Of a stretch of DNA of 64,000 bases, positions 38,510-51,000 are shown one piece after another. The stretch lies in NCBI RefSeq assembly GCF_963921235.1, contig NW_026948187.1, positions 2,604,001-2,668,000 on the forward strand, read 5' to 3'. The notes beneath the pieces were generated by a model. The model worked only from the letters and a program-made list of their open reading frames with translations, had not been told where the DNA came from and ran no database searches. The translations under genes were made by a program, and so were the position numbers. Origin of the DNA: Mobula hypostoma. Taxonomy: Eukaryota. How positions within the stretch are numbered: the first letter of the stretch is position 1; each line of letters begins with the position of its first letter.

Positions 38510-39850
38510 CATGTTTCATTCCACTGGTTTTACCTGCGGAAATGCAGCCAATGTTTCTGGATGTATGACCCATTTATGTGAGAATTTTGCCTTTTCTATT
38601 TATCTGAGCTTCTCATAAATGTGTACAGTTTAGTTAAGCTTCACTCCAGAATTTCCAAGGCAACAACCCAGTCAGTCAAATAGTTCCACACAATTAAAAT
38701 AGTTTATTACGTCTTTTATTTTTTAAAATTTTGTATTACAAAGTTTGTACTTACGTAATTTAACTATTTAATATGTATATTCTTATTTTATATCACAAAT
38801 GTTAAAATCTATTGTTATGAATTAGGTTCTACTGCTGCCGCAGAGACAACAAATTTCATGACATATGCCGGTGCTATTAAACCTGATTCTGATAATCGGT
38901 GTGGGGGACCCACTACTGGTCACCTGATCCCAGTTACTGCAGATCGTAAAGCGAGATTGAAGCCTTTTCTATTTGTTTGCATTCTTCAGAAATGACAATA
39001 GTTCAGTTAAGTTTCCTTCCGAGGTTCAAAAGCAGAAGCTCAGTCTGACTAATATTTGCACACAATTAAAATGGAGAATTTGTTTGTTATCATCACGTAC
39101 TGAGCTACAATGAAAATCTTGCCTGACGTACCATCCACACAGATCTACACGTTACAACAGTACATTGAGCTGATATACGACAAAACAATAACTGTAACAA
39201 AGCATTACGGCTGCAGAGAAAGTGCAGTGCAGATAGACATATGGTGCAGGGTCACGTCGGGTTACATTGTGAGGTCGAGTCCATTTTATTGGACTGGAGA
39301 CCATTCATTTGGTTTATAGCCACAGACAGGAAGCCGTCCTTAAGCCCGGTGTTACGCGCTCTAAGGCTTTTGTATCTCTTCCCTGATGGGGGAGCGGGTT
39401 TGCAGCAAGAATGTCCGGGTTGTGAGGATCTTTGAGTACATGGCCTGCTTTTCCGACGCAGGGGGAGTGTAGGAAGAGTCCATGGAGGGGAGGCTCGTTT
39501 CTCTGATGTTCTCTGCTCTCCAAAGCTCTCTGTTGTTCCTTGCAGTCATGGGCAGAGCAGTAGCCATACGAAGGCATGAAGTATCGACAAGAAGCTCAGA
39601 GACCTCGGCCTTCACCCTGCCGTGTGTAGCTGGATCCTGGACTTCCTGTCAGATCGCCGGCAGGTGGTAAGAGTGGGCTCCCTCACCTCTGTCTCTCTGA
39701 CCCTCAGCACACATACTCCACAGGGTTGTCTCCTTGGCCCCCTCCTTTACTCTCTTTATACCCATGACTTGTGTCATCACCCATAGCTCCAATCTACTAA
39801 TTAAATTTGCTAACGACATTACATTGATTGGCCTAATCTCAAATAACAAC
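38510..39850 (-). repeat. Inverted duplicate of about 5690-6960
   Basis: Reverse-complement similarity across unique and Rex-derived sequence (ORF pairs 5924/39361 and 6196/39110). Confidence 0.85.
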
Positions 39851-40129
39851 TTTCAATCGATCAAATGCCTCCTGACAAGGCTCGGTCCAAACAAACTTTT
39901 CACCCTTCTTCAGGAGATTAGTCAGAGGAAGAGCAATTTCAGCAAAGTTCTTACAGAACTTACGATAATATCCAGCCATTCCCAGAAACCTTCTCAGAGC
40001 CTTCTTACCAGTCAGAATAGGAACTTCAGAAATTGCCTGGACTTTCGCCTGAACAAGAGCCAACTTGCCTTGACCTACAACACAGCCAAGGTAGATCACA
40101 GTGGTATGGCCAAGTTCACTCTTAGCCAA

Positions 40130-41010
40130 GGCTATATCCACACTAGACCGGATAAATCCGTAACAGAAGCCTTTTCTCTTTGTTTTGACCCTCCGTCCAC
40201 ATTGAAACGGCACTTTTCTCCCCCGGAAATGCAGCTTTTCAGAAACGCACTCCAGAGTGAATAAATCTGAAAACACCTAATATCCACTGTACTGTGTACG
40301 GGGTAACCGGCTATTTTGAAAACCTCTGTCATGACATGCCCGAACAAATGGTGGCATCAGTGCTGTATTTCATTGTTTTCTTGAACGCAACCTCCAACTC
40401 CACCACAATATCTGACAATAGATGTGTAACAGCCTAATGTAACATTGTATGGAAAAACAAGGTAACACTGATGCAGACATGTTTTACACATTTAACAAGG
40501 TGCTTTATTAACGTATTGCTTGTGCAAACATTCAATAGGTGCACTTGTCACTTGTGCCCAGTAACTTGTTTTATTGCACATGTTAAACACAGCAAAATAA
40601 TACACAAAGACATGGCAAAAGTAAAGGCAAACAAATGAGGTAACAGCAAATTTCACTTTTGCCCAGTAACAAGCCTTATTGCATTTAGTTGTAGCTGTCG
40701 TCCCTTTCAGTGGTGAAGAAACTATGGCTGTAGGAGATATTGCTGGACAAACTTGCACCAAGTCTTTCATTTGGCAACTTCCTTTTAAGTTTTTCTGGTC
40801 TGTAACTGGACAAATGCACACCAAGTATACCATTTCCTCTTCGCTTGTTTTCTGTACATGTGTCCTGCGCATGCCCAGTAGGAAGAGATTTGCCCAAATA
40901 TCTGTTTTAATGTGGACTGAGATAGTTTCAAAAACGCCTGGTGTGGATGCCTATCGTTTTTACGCAAAACCGGTGTTTTCAAAATTATCCGGTTTAGTGT
41001 GGACGTAGCC
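40130..41010. mobile_element. Non-autonomous PIF/Harbinger-like DNA transposon nested in the Gypsy RT
   Basis: TIRs ggctatatccacactagaccggataa / ttatccggtttagtgtggacgtagcc with 3-bp TSD CAA. Removal restores the RT frame LTVNL-AKSE. Confidence 0.85.
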
Positions 41011-43981
41011 CAAGTTAACTGTAAGGTTGGCCTGGGAAAGCCTGTCAAACAGCTTTTCTACTGCAGAGATATGCTCTTCCCAAATGTCACTCCCTGTGAC
41101 TAAGTCATCAATATAGGCATCTGTGTGTTCTAACCCTCGAATTACAGAATCAATCATTCTCTGGAATGTTCCTGGAGCATTTTTCATTCCAAACAGCAAG
41201 ACATTGTATTCATACAACCCAGAAGGTGTCACAAATGCAGAAAATTCTCTACCTCTGTCCGTCAATGGAACACACCAATACCCTTTCAACAGATCAATCT
41301 TTGTCAGAAATTTAGCTTTTCCAACCTTATCGATGCAATCATCCACCCTAGGGATAAGATAGGCATCTGTTTTTGTTACTGCATTCACCTTCCTATAATC
41401 AGTGCAAAATTTAACACTACCATCAGGTTTGAGCACAATAATGCAGGGTGAGCTCCAATCTGATGTTGAAGGCCTAATAATACCATTTTCAGCATATATC
41501 CAATTTCTTGCTCAGCCAATTTACACTTTTCTATGTTCATGCAATATGGGTGTTGTTTAATCAGTTTGGCTTGAGCAATATCTACGTCATGTACTGTGAC
41601 CGTGGTTTGCTTGGGAACATCGGGAAATAAATCTTTAAATTTCAGAATTAATTCCTCAGCTGTTGCTGTTGTTTTGGCTGCAGATGAGCCAACTTGTTAT
41701 CAATGTTTTCTAAAACAACCGAGTTCATTACCCTAACTGGGACCATGTTTGCCTTGTGAAAAGTCTCAGCTGAGTCAATTGTTTCATTCTCAGGGTTGTC
41801 AGATTCATATGTTTGACAACAACACTCACAGATGGTGTCAGCTTGTCAAAATAAGGCTTTATCATATTTATGTGTGCCACCTGTGTTGGTTTATGTCGGT
41901 CGGGTGTTTTAATAACATAATTCACATCATTAATTTGAGAGACTATTTCATATGGTCCATTGAATTTCGCCTGAAGTGGATTCGTCAACATTGGAAATAA
42001 GGCAAGTACCTTATCCCCCACCTGGTATTTTCTTTCGCAAGCCAGCTTATCAAATTAACACTTCATTTTGTTTTGAGAAATCTTTAAGCTTTGTCTCGCT
42101 AGGCTACAGGCCTGGTATAGTTTATTTTTGAACTTCAAAACATAGTCTAACAAGTTAACATGTACATCCCCATCAATCCACTGTTCCTTTAACAAGGGCA
42201 AAGATCCCCTCACTCTATGACCAAATACAAGTTCAAAAGGACTAAAGCCCAGTGATTCCTGTACCGACTCTTACTGCCACTCTTCCTTCATCCCAGTCTT
42301 TTCCATTTTCAACACAGTATGTCTTAATCATTGTTTCGAGAGTAGAATGAAATCTTTCTAAAGCCCCTTGTGATTCCGGATGGTACTCAGACAATGTAAT
42401 TTGTTTAGCTCCCAGTTCATGAACTACCTGCTGGAATAATCCGGATGTAAAATTACTTCCTTGTTCAGACTGGATTTCTTTAGGCAAACCAAATAAAGTA
42501 AAAAAAAAAAAGAAACTTGGTAAAGGCCTTCACCACAGTTTTAGCTTTAACATTTCTGAGAGGTATTGCCTCTGGAAATCTGAATACAGTACACATAATA
42601 GTTAGCAAATACTGATGGCCAGCTTTAGTCTTTGGCAATGGGCCAACACAATCCACTATAACTTTGGAAAAAGGTCACCAAATGCAGGTATACGCCGGAG
42701 TGAGGCCACTGGGGTGACCTGATTAGGTTTACGAACAAATTGATAAGTGTGACAGGTTCTGTGAAAGGTCACAATATCTGTCCTCAAATTAGGACAGTAA
42801 CATTCTTTCATAATCCTGTTTACGGTTTTATTCACTCCAGAATGGCCACCTAAGGCATACTGTGGGCCAAAGTTAAAATTTCAGTCCTATAAACTTTAGG
42901 GACTACAACTTGGTGAACAATTGCCCATTCCTCACTCACAGGTATAGCAGGTGGCCTCCACTTCCTCATTAACACTCCATCCTTGAGATAATACCCTACT
43001 GGCACTTTCTTATTCTCATTGTCTGAGAGAGCTGTTTCTTTTAAAGCTTCAATCTCAGGGTCTCTGTTCTGTTCTGCTATAAACTCCTTCCTAGACAGGG
43101 ATAAATCTTTCTCACCAGACTTACTACCTGAATCCTGTTGAAACAATGAAGGTAGAACAGTCCCTGACAAGTCATCACAACCTGAATCCTGATTTTGGCC
43201 ATCATGGGTATCAGAATCATGCTGCACAGAACTGTCTGCGTTGGCAGACTTTTTAGCCATACTTCGAGTTACTGCGCAGGAAGGATAAATGTTAAAATCC
43301 ATCTGTGGGTCGTCGGTGGTTGGCTTAGTTGTCAACTGCACTGCAGGAACAACTTTACCACCTGCCAGGTCATTCCCTAATAGCAAAGTAACATCTTTCA
43401 CTGGTAAACTGGAGCATAATCCAATCTTAACAGGTCCCGAAACCAAACCTGAATGTAAAGTTACCTTGTGCAATGGCACAGAAACCATGCTGCCCCCAAT
43501 GCCTTTAATAAGATTTACCTCACTAGTGTTAAGTCTCATCACCAAACTTTAGAACACTGTCTAATATAAGTGACTGAGAAGCCTCAGTATCTCGATGAAT
43601 TTTCACTGGTAATGGGGTTGACCTTCTTTTACTAATACAAGCCCATCTGACATAAAATGGTCGAATCCCTTCTTCACTCGGTCAGACCTCTCAGTCCTTA
43701 ACTGAGCCTCAACAGAATGTTCAGAACCCTGTGGGTTTATCGGTGCTTCATCATACCGATCACAGGCACTTGGGACTGCCTCCTTTTTCTTTTTCTTCTT
43801 CAGGATGGAACAATTAGCCATCATATGACCAGCTTTCTTACAACAGTAACAAGTAATACCAGAATATTTCTCCTTCAACTGCTTCCCTTCATCTTTACTT
43901 TTGTTATTAGTTCCAGCATTAACTTCTGGTTTACCCTGGTTATCCCTGCTACTCTCTTGGAAGCTCTTATTGGGGGTAAAC

Positions 43982-44326
43982 TCACGAGTTATGAGTTAAA
44001 GCAAACTCATCTGCGAATCGAGCAGACTCCTGCAAACTGGCAGAATCCTTTTCATCTAAATATATCTTTATGTCATCAGGGACGCACCTTTTGAATTCTT
44101 CAATTAAAACCAACTCTTTCAAGCTGTGAAAATCATCATTTACATTTTTATACGTGCACCAGCGGTCAAAACACACAAACATCTCATAAGCAAATTCCAT
44201 ACAAGTCTGGTTCAGAGATCTCCTCAAATTTCTAAACTTTTGCCTGTATGCTTCTGGGACCAACTCGTAAGCTTTGAGCACAGCCTGTTTCACAATGTCA
44301 AAATCAGCTCCTTTATCAACTGTCAA
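43982..44326 (-). pseudogene. Gag capsid C-terminal (SCAN-like) segment of the Gmr1-like element
   Basis: ELVPEAYRQKFRNL...W...ELVLIEEFKRCVP..IKIYL....SLQESARFADEF resembles the SCAN consensus. Confidence 0.75.
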
Positions 44327-44991
44327 AGCAGAATAGGCTTGCTGAGTCTCCCCTTTAATTACAGTTTGTCAGAGAATTGGCCAACCCTCTTTTGGCCACT
44401 TTAAACTCTGAGCAAACTTCTCAAATGCAAAGTAATTATCAACCTCTGCTTAATCAAATGATGGTACCAATTTAACTTCCTGACTGGCCTCAAACATCAC
44501 CAAAGTCTAAGGCTAGACTCCTTTTCTGTGATCGCTCTATCATTTCTAACTCGAACAGCCTCTGTCTTTCTGTTTCATCCCTCTGTCTTTCTGCTTCCGC
44601 CTCTTCAGCCTCAAACTGCCTTTGTCTTTCCGCAGCCTCCATCTTTAATTTTTCTAACTTGTACGGGAGCTCAAGCTCACTCACCTCCAACTCTTCCACT
44701 TTAAACACATCCTCAGATACATAATGCTCAGCTGTTATCCTCTGCATCTGTGACCTCCTTAGTGTCGATTTCACCTTAGTAAGTTTTAACGTTTTAGCAA
44801 TACTCAACAACCCAATCCTTCTGGCGTCCTCTCATGCCTCAGAGGTTGGCGCTTGCAAAAATCTATCAACGTCCATTGCAGCTGATTTTCCACACACAAA
44901 TAAATCAAAAGGGATTTCCTCAATCAAATCAACAAGTAATCAATCAATAAGCCCCCAAATTTGTTCATATCCCAGATGCAGGCCCCAAATC

Positions 44992-45779
44992 TGTTACGAA
45001 CTGTAACACTTTCGAAAAGAGCCAGCACCAAAGACTACACCTGGAGTCTGGTTTTGACGTTAAAACACTATCTCCATTAGTATCTACTTATAATACAGTA
45101 ACTTAAGCAAGATAAATGAAAGTTAAAAGTATTATGTGTATATATCTATGTAAATATAACTCCCAAACTATTGAGCTTGGGGAAATCAAGGCTTAGGGTC
45201 TTGAGATGGTGAAGTATGAAAGTTCAGTTCATCCATGGAATAGGTGATGAGAGAGAGATATTTGTAATCCAGGGTAAATGTCGAGAGAAGGTAATACGTT
45301 GAATACCACAGGTTTCATGATGGTAAAACGAGAGAACAGTCGCTGTAGATTTTATCCATAGTTGCTCCAAATCCACATACGAATTATAACCGAAAGTGAC
45401 TTGTCACAAGGGGTATCATCTTCAAGTGAATAACCACACCCACACCCAGGCAAGGGTTAACACATAAGTGGTCTTCACAGGATACCCCAAATCCGATCCA
45501 CTCCTATGGATCAAACGAGGTGACAACCACACATTCGATGTTCACTGAATCGATAATCAACCCATCCTTGTGGAGTTCCAAACAGTGACCCTTGGCCACT
45601 AGCTTCCTTGCCTCAGTCCTTTCGTTCTCCTTGTTTGTCGCCTTCTGAGTGTGAGTGTCTGTATCCTCGCTTAAAGCTAAACAAGCTGTGAGCAAAACAG
45701 ACAGATCTGTCTCCTTAATCTCTCTCTCTCTCTCTTAAAATGACAGTCCACAGCAAACAAAACCTAGGGATTCATAACA
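44992..45779 (-). mobile_element. 5' LTR of the Gmr1-like element, followed by a degenerate tRNA-Pro-like PBS (about 44969-44988)
   Basis: TGTTATGAA...CGTAACA on minus, then ttggggcctgcatctgggat (compare TGGGGGCTCGTCCGGGAT). Confidence 0.8.
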
Positions 45780-46759
45780 CCACGTTCTGAGCAGGAGAAT
45801 GGCTTCTTCCCAGTGTGAATTCGCTGATGACTCTGTAGGTTGGATAACTGAGTGAATCCCTTCCCACAGACTGAGCAGGTGAAAGGCCTCTCTCCAGTGT
45901 GAACTCGCTGATGTACCTTCAGTTGGGATGACTGAGTGAATCCCTTCCCACAGTCTGAGCAAGTGAATGGCCTCTCCCCAGTGTGAACTCGCTGATGTAC
46001 CTTCAGTTTAGAGGAGCAAGTGAATCTCTTCCCACAGTCTGAGCAGGTGAATAACTTCACCGCAGTGTGAACTCGCTGATGACCCTGTAGGTTGGATGAC
46101 AAAGTGAATCCCTTCCCACAGTCTGGGCAGGTGAATGGGTTCTCCCCAGTGTGAGCTCGCTGATGACTTAGTAGGTTGGATAACTGAGTGAATTTCTTCA
46201 CACAGACTGAGCAGGTGAACGGCCTCTCCCCGGTGTGAATTCGCTGATGACTCTGTAGGTTGGATGACTGAGTGAATCTCTTCCCACAAACTGAGCAGCT
46301 GAACGGCTTCTCCCCAGTGTGAACTCGATGGTGTCTCTGTAGGGTGGAAGAGTGAGTGAATCTCTTCTCACAGACTGAGCAGGTGAATGGCCACTCCCCT
46401 GTGTGAACTGACATGTGTACCAGTAGGTCAGATGACCGAGTGAATCTCTTCCCGCATTCTGAGCAGGTGAACCCCTTCTCCCTAGTGTGAACTTGCTGGT
46501 GTCTCTGTAGGGTAGATGACTGAGTGAATCCCTTCCCACAGACTGAGCAGGTGAATGGCTTCTCCCCGGTGTGAACTCGCTGATGACTCTGTAGGGTGGA
46601 TGACTGAGTGAATCTCTTCCCACAGACTGAGCAGGTGAACGGCCTCTCCCCAGTGTGAACTCGCTGGTGTACCTCCAGTTTAGATGAGCAAGTAAATCCC
46701 TTACCGCAGTATGAACAGGTGAATGACTGCTCCCCAGTGTGAACTCGCTGGTGAGCCAT
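45764..46759 (-). CDS. Tandem C2H2 zinc-finger protein, 11 complete fingers; 12th finger cut by the LTR, which supplies the stop codon
   Basis: C2H2 repeats; ends [11 protein letters not shown] with the last codons inside the LTR. Confidence 0.85.
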   Translation of the reverse strand: MAHQRVHTGEQSFTCSYCGKGFTCSSKLEVHQRVHTGERPFTCSVCGKRFTQSSTLQSHQRVHTGEKPFTCSVCGKGFTQSSTLQRHQQVHTREKGFTCSECGKRFTRSSDLLVHMSVHTGEWPFTCSVCEKRFTHSSTLQRHHRVHTGEKPFSCSVCGKRFTQSSNLQSHQRIHTGERPFTCSVCVKKFTQLSNLLSHQRAHTGENPFTCPDCGKGFTLSSNLQGHQRVHTAVKLFTCSDCGKRFTCSSKLKVHQRVHTGERPFTCSDCGKGFTQSSQLKVHQRVHTGERPFTCSVCGKGFTQLSNLQSHQRIHTGKKPFSCSERGVMNP

Positions 46760-46912
46760 TAGGCCTGATGACCGAGTGAATCCTTCCCCAAAAATTCAGC
46801 AGATAACCAGCCTCTGCCCAGTGTGAACACACTGGTGTGTCCACAGCTAAGAAGACCGACTGAATCCCCTCTCACACACAGAACAGGTGAATGGCCTTGT
46901 CCCAGTGTGAAC

Positions 46913-47263
46913 TTACTGATGTAACTTCAGGTGAGATGACCGACTGAATCCATTCCCACTGTCTGAGCAGGTGAACGGCCTCTCTCCAGTGTGAACTTGC
47001 TGGTGTCTCTGTAGGGTAGATGACTGAGTGAATCCCTTCCCACAGACTGAGCAGGTGAATGGCTTCTCCCCGGTGTGAACTCGCTGATGACTCTGTAGGG
47101 TGGATGACTGAGTGAATCTCTTCCCACAGACTGAGCAGGTGAACGGCCTCTCCCCAGTGTGAACTCGCTGGTGTACCTCCAGTTTAGATGAGCAAGTAAA
47201 TCCCTTACCGCAGTATGAACAGGTGAATGACTGCTCCCCAGTGTGAACTCGCTGGTGAGCCAT
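46913..47263 (-). CDS. Short ZNF ORF (3 intact fingers + 1 broken) produced by a 504-bp tandem duplication
   Basis: N-terminus identical to ORF 45764-46759 at an offset of exactly 504 nt. Confidence 0.5.
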   Translation of the reverse strand: MAHQRVHTGEQSFTCSYCGKGFTCSSKLEVHQRVHTGERPFTCSVCGKRFTQSSTLQSHQRVHTGEKPFTCSVCGKGFTQSSTLQRHQQVHTGERPFTCSDSGNGFSRSSHLKLHQ

Positions 47264-48049
47264 TAGGCCTGATGACCGAGTGAATCCTTCCCCAAAAATT
47301 CAGCAGATAACCAGCCTCTGCCCAGTGTGAACACACTGGTGTGTCCACAGCTAAGAAGACTGACTGAATCCCCTCTCACACACAGAACAGGTGAATGGCC
47401 TTGTCCCAGTGTGAACTTACTGATGTAACTTCAGGTGAGATGACCGACTGAATCCATTCCCACTGTCTGAGCAGGTGATTGGCCCCTCCCCATGTGTAAA
47501 ATGACAGGCGTGCCAGTCGGTCAGATGACTGGGTGAATCCCTCCCCACAGTCTGAGCTGGAAGGATGATCGATTGAATCATTTGCTCCACTTCTTAAATG
47601 TCTGGACAGAGACAGAAAAACTGGCGTGTTGTGTTCAAGATTCCTGTAGACAAATTCCTTGTCATTTTTAACCTGTAAAGAGATTTATAAAATTCATCAA
47701 TGGGCGAAGGACAACAGTTCAGTTTAGTCACCAAGGTGTGATCTGAAATCACACTGTTACAGTGAGGGTCAACCTAAATTGGAGACGGAAATCATCTTCT
47801 AACTGGGCACAGTGCTGGTATCTGGAATTAAATGATATCTGGTATCTGGAATCAAACTCTCTGATGCTCTTCCTGTCGCTATATGAATGGGGCATCTCTG
47901 CCGTCTCCAATCTGTGACCTGGCTCAGTTTGACTCTCTCCATTGGTATTATTCCCTGTTCCCACTGAGCTGCATGGGTCATTGGCTCCACAGTAACTGAA
48001 ACACACTCACACAAATAGCCTTTGTTGACCCGCTGCTGGGATTTTCTTG

Positions 48050-51000
48050 TATGTGGTGTGACGTAGCGCGCCAAGGTTTAAAAAGAGAAATTTTCAACGG
48101 TTCTTGTTTCAGTCGAAGCAAGCAGCTAAGGAGTGGAAGAAATCAGGTAGAAAAAGTAATTTTTTTTCTAAACACTGCTCGGGGAGAAGGGTCTGCACTA
48201 AGCAGACCACCTTAGACAGCGGCCATCGTCGGAGTGGACTGAGTCAGAGTGGGACGGCTTTGGCTCAACAGGCAAAGGCCAGGGTAGGTTCCGGTAAGTT
48301 TTCTGTTCAGGTTCTTTAGAGTAGAGAGAATGCAAGGCAGGATGTTGGAATGCTCCTCTTGCAGGATGTGGGAAGTCAGGGAGCCCTCTGGTGTCCCTGA
48401 CAACGACACCTGCAGGAAGTGCATCCAGCTGCAGCTCCTGACAAACTGCGTTAGGGAACTGGAGCAGGAGCTGGATGACCTGCGGATCATTCGGGAGAAT
48501 GAGGAGATTATAGATAGCAGCTGCAGGGAGGTAGTTACGCCAAAGGAGCAGAGGACAGGAAATTTGGTCACTGTCAGGCGAGGGAAGAGGAAAGGGCAGG
48601 CAGAGCAGGGTTCCCCTGTGGCCATTCCCCTCAACAACAAGTATACCACATTGGATACTGTTGGGGGGGATGACTTACCTGGGACAAGCTGCAGTAGCCG
48701 GATCTCTGGCACTGGGTGTGGCTCTGCAGTGCAGAAGGGAGGATGGAAGAAGATGAGAGCAGAAGTGATAGGGGATTCGATAGTTAGAGGTGCAGATAGG
48801 AGGTTCTGTGGTCATGACAGAGAATCCAGGATGGTTTGTTGCCTCCCAGGTGCCAGGGTCAAGGATGTCTCTGATCGATTGCATGACATTCTGAAGTGGG
48901 AGGGTGACCAGCCAGATGTCGTGGTGCACATCAGTACCAATGACATAGCAAGGAAGAGTGAGGAGGTCCTGGACCGTGGGTATAGAGAGCTTGGTAGGAA
49001 GTTGAAAAGCAGGACGTCAAGGGTGGTAATCTCAGGATTGCTACCTGTGCTAGGTGCCAGTGAGGAGGATGCTCTGGAGGAGGAACAAGTGGCTGAGGAC
49101 CTGGTGTAGGGGGGCAGGGTTTCAGATTTCAGGATCATTGGGACCTCTTCTGGGGCAGGTGGGACCTGTCCATGAGGGACGGGTTACACTTGAACTACAG
49201 GGGGACCAATATCCTTTCAGGGAGGTTTGTTAGTGCTATTGGGGAGGCTTTAAACTAGATTTTCAGGGGGATGGGAACCTGAGTGCCAGAGCTGACAGTG
49301 CGGCTGGGGTGAAAATAAATGATGTTGAAAGTGGAAGCAAATCCGCTGATAGAAAGGTTGTGAGTGGTGGCAAAAATCTTCTGAGGTGTATATATTTCAA
49401 TGCTAGGAGTATTGCGGGGAAGGCGGATGAGTTGAGGGTGTGGATTGACACGTGGAATTATGACGTTATAGCAATTAGTGAAACTTGGCTACAGGAGGGG
49501 CAGGACTGGCAGCTTAATATTCCGGGGTTCCGATGTTTCAGATGTGATCGAGGCAGAGGAATGAAAGGTGGGAGAGTAGCATTGCTTTTTAGGGAAAATA
49601 TTACAGCAGTGCTCAGGCAGGACAGATTAGAGGGCTTGTCTACTGAGTCCTTGTGGGTGGAGATGAGAAACAGGAAAGGTATGGCCACAGTAGTGGGATT
49701 GTATTACAGACCACCCAATAGTCAACGAGACTTGGAAGAGCAAATCTGCAGAAAGATAGCAGGCAACTGCAGGAAACATAAAGTTGTGGTGGTAGGGGAT
49801 TTTAATTTTCCATACATTGATTGGACTCCCATACTGTTAGGGGTCTAGATGGTTTAGAGTTTGTAAAATGTGTTCAGGAAAGTTTTCTAAATCAATATAT
49901 AGAGGGACCAACTGGAGGGGATGCAATATTGGATCTCCTGTTAGGTAACGAATTAGGGCAAGTGACAGAAGTCTGTGTAGGGGAGCACTTTGGTTCCAGT
50001 GATCATAATACCATTAGTTTCAATTTGATCATGGACAAGGATAGATCTGGTCCTAGGGTTGAGGTTCTGAACTGGAAGAAGGCCAAATTTGAAGAAATGA
50101 GAAAGGATCTAAAATGCGTGGATTGGGACAGGTTGTTCTCTGGCAAAGATGTGTTTGGTAGGTGGGAAGCCTTCAACGGGGAAATTTTGAGAGTGCAGAG
50201 TTTGTATGTTCCTGTCAGGATTAAAGTCAAATTGAATAGGAATAAGGAACCTTGGTTGTCAAGGGATATTGCAACTCTGATAAAGAAGAAGAGGGAGTTG
50301 TATGAAATGTATAGGAAACAGGGAGTAAATCAGGTGCTTGAGGAGTATAAGAAGTGCAAGAAAATACTTAAGAAAGAAATCAAGAGGGCTAAAAGAAGAC
50401 ATGAGGTTGCCTTGGCAGTCAAAGTGAAGGATAATCCAAAGAGCTTTTACAAGTATATTAAGAGCAAAAAGATTGTAAGGGATAAAATTGGTCCTCTTGA
50501 AGATCAGAGTGGTCGGCTATGTGTGGAACCGAAGGAAATGGGGGAGATCTTAAATAGGTTTTTTGCATCTGTATTTACTAAGGAAACTGGCATGAAGTCT
50601 ATGGAATTGAGGGAATCCAGTAGTGAGATCATGGAAACTGTATAGATTGAAAAGGAGAAGGTGCTTGCTGTCTTGAGGAAAATTAAAGAGAATAAATTCC
50701 CGGGACCTGACAGCGTGTTCCCTCGGACCTTAAAGGAGAGTAGTGTTGAAATTGCGGGGGCCCTGGCAGAAATATTTAAAATGTCGCTGTCTACGGGTGA
50801 AGTGCCGGAGGATGGGAGAATGGCTCATGTTGTTCCGTTGTTTAAAAAAGGATGGAAAAGTAATCCAGGAAATTATTGGCCGGTGAGTTTAATGTCGGTA
50901 GTAGGTAAGTTATTGGAGGGAGTACTAAGAGACAGAATCTACAAGCATTTGGATAGACAGGAACTTATTAGGGAGCATGAACATGGCTTTGTGCGTGGTA

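Larger units (their letters stand above)
39850..45779 (-). mobile_element. Gmr1-like Gypsy LTR retrotransposon (5'LTR-PBS-gag-PR-INT-RT), degenerate, 3'-truncated before RNase H
   Basis: gag from ATG 44876 with a SCAN-like region and CCHC knuckle (CYCCKKAGHMMANC). Protease RDTEAS at about 43590. Integrase (DCVGPLP, QGSNF, YHPESQGALERFH, GPY) at 42900-41730 precedes RT (DYRKVN, KIDLLKGYW, YIDD, LRRFLGMAGYYRKF). Confidence 0.9.

Noticed and set aside
39734-40264. 176-aa + strand ORF as a novel gene
   Set aside because: Chance chimera of Rex RT, antisense Gypsy RT and a MITE end.
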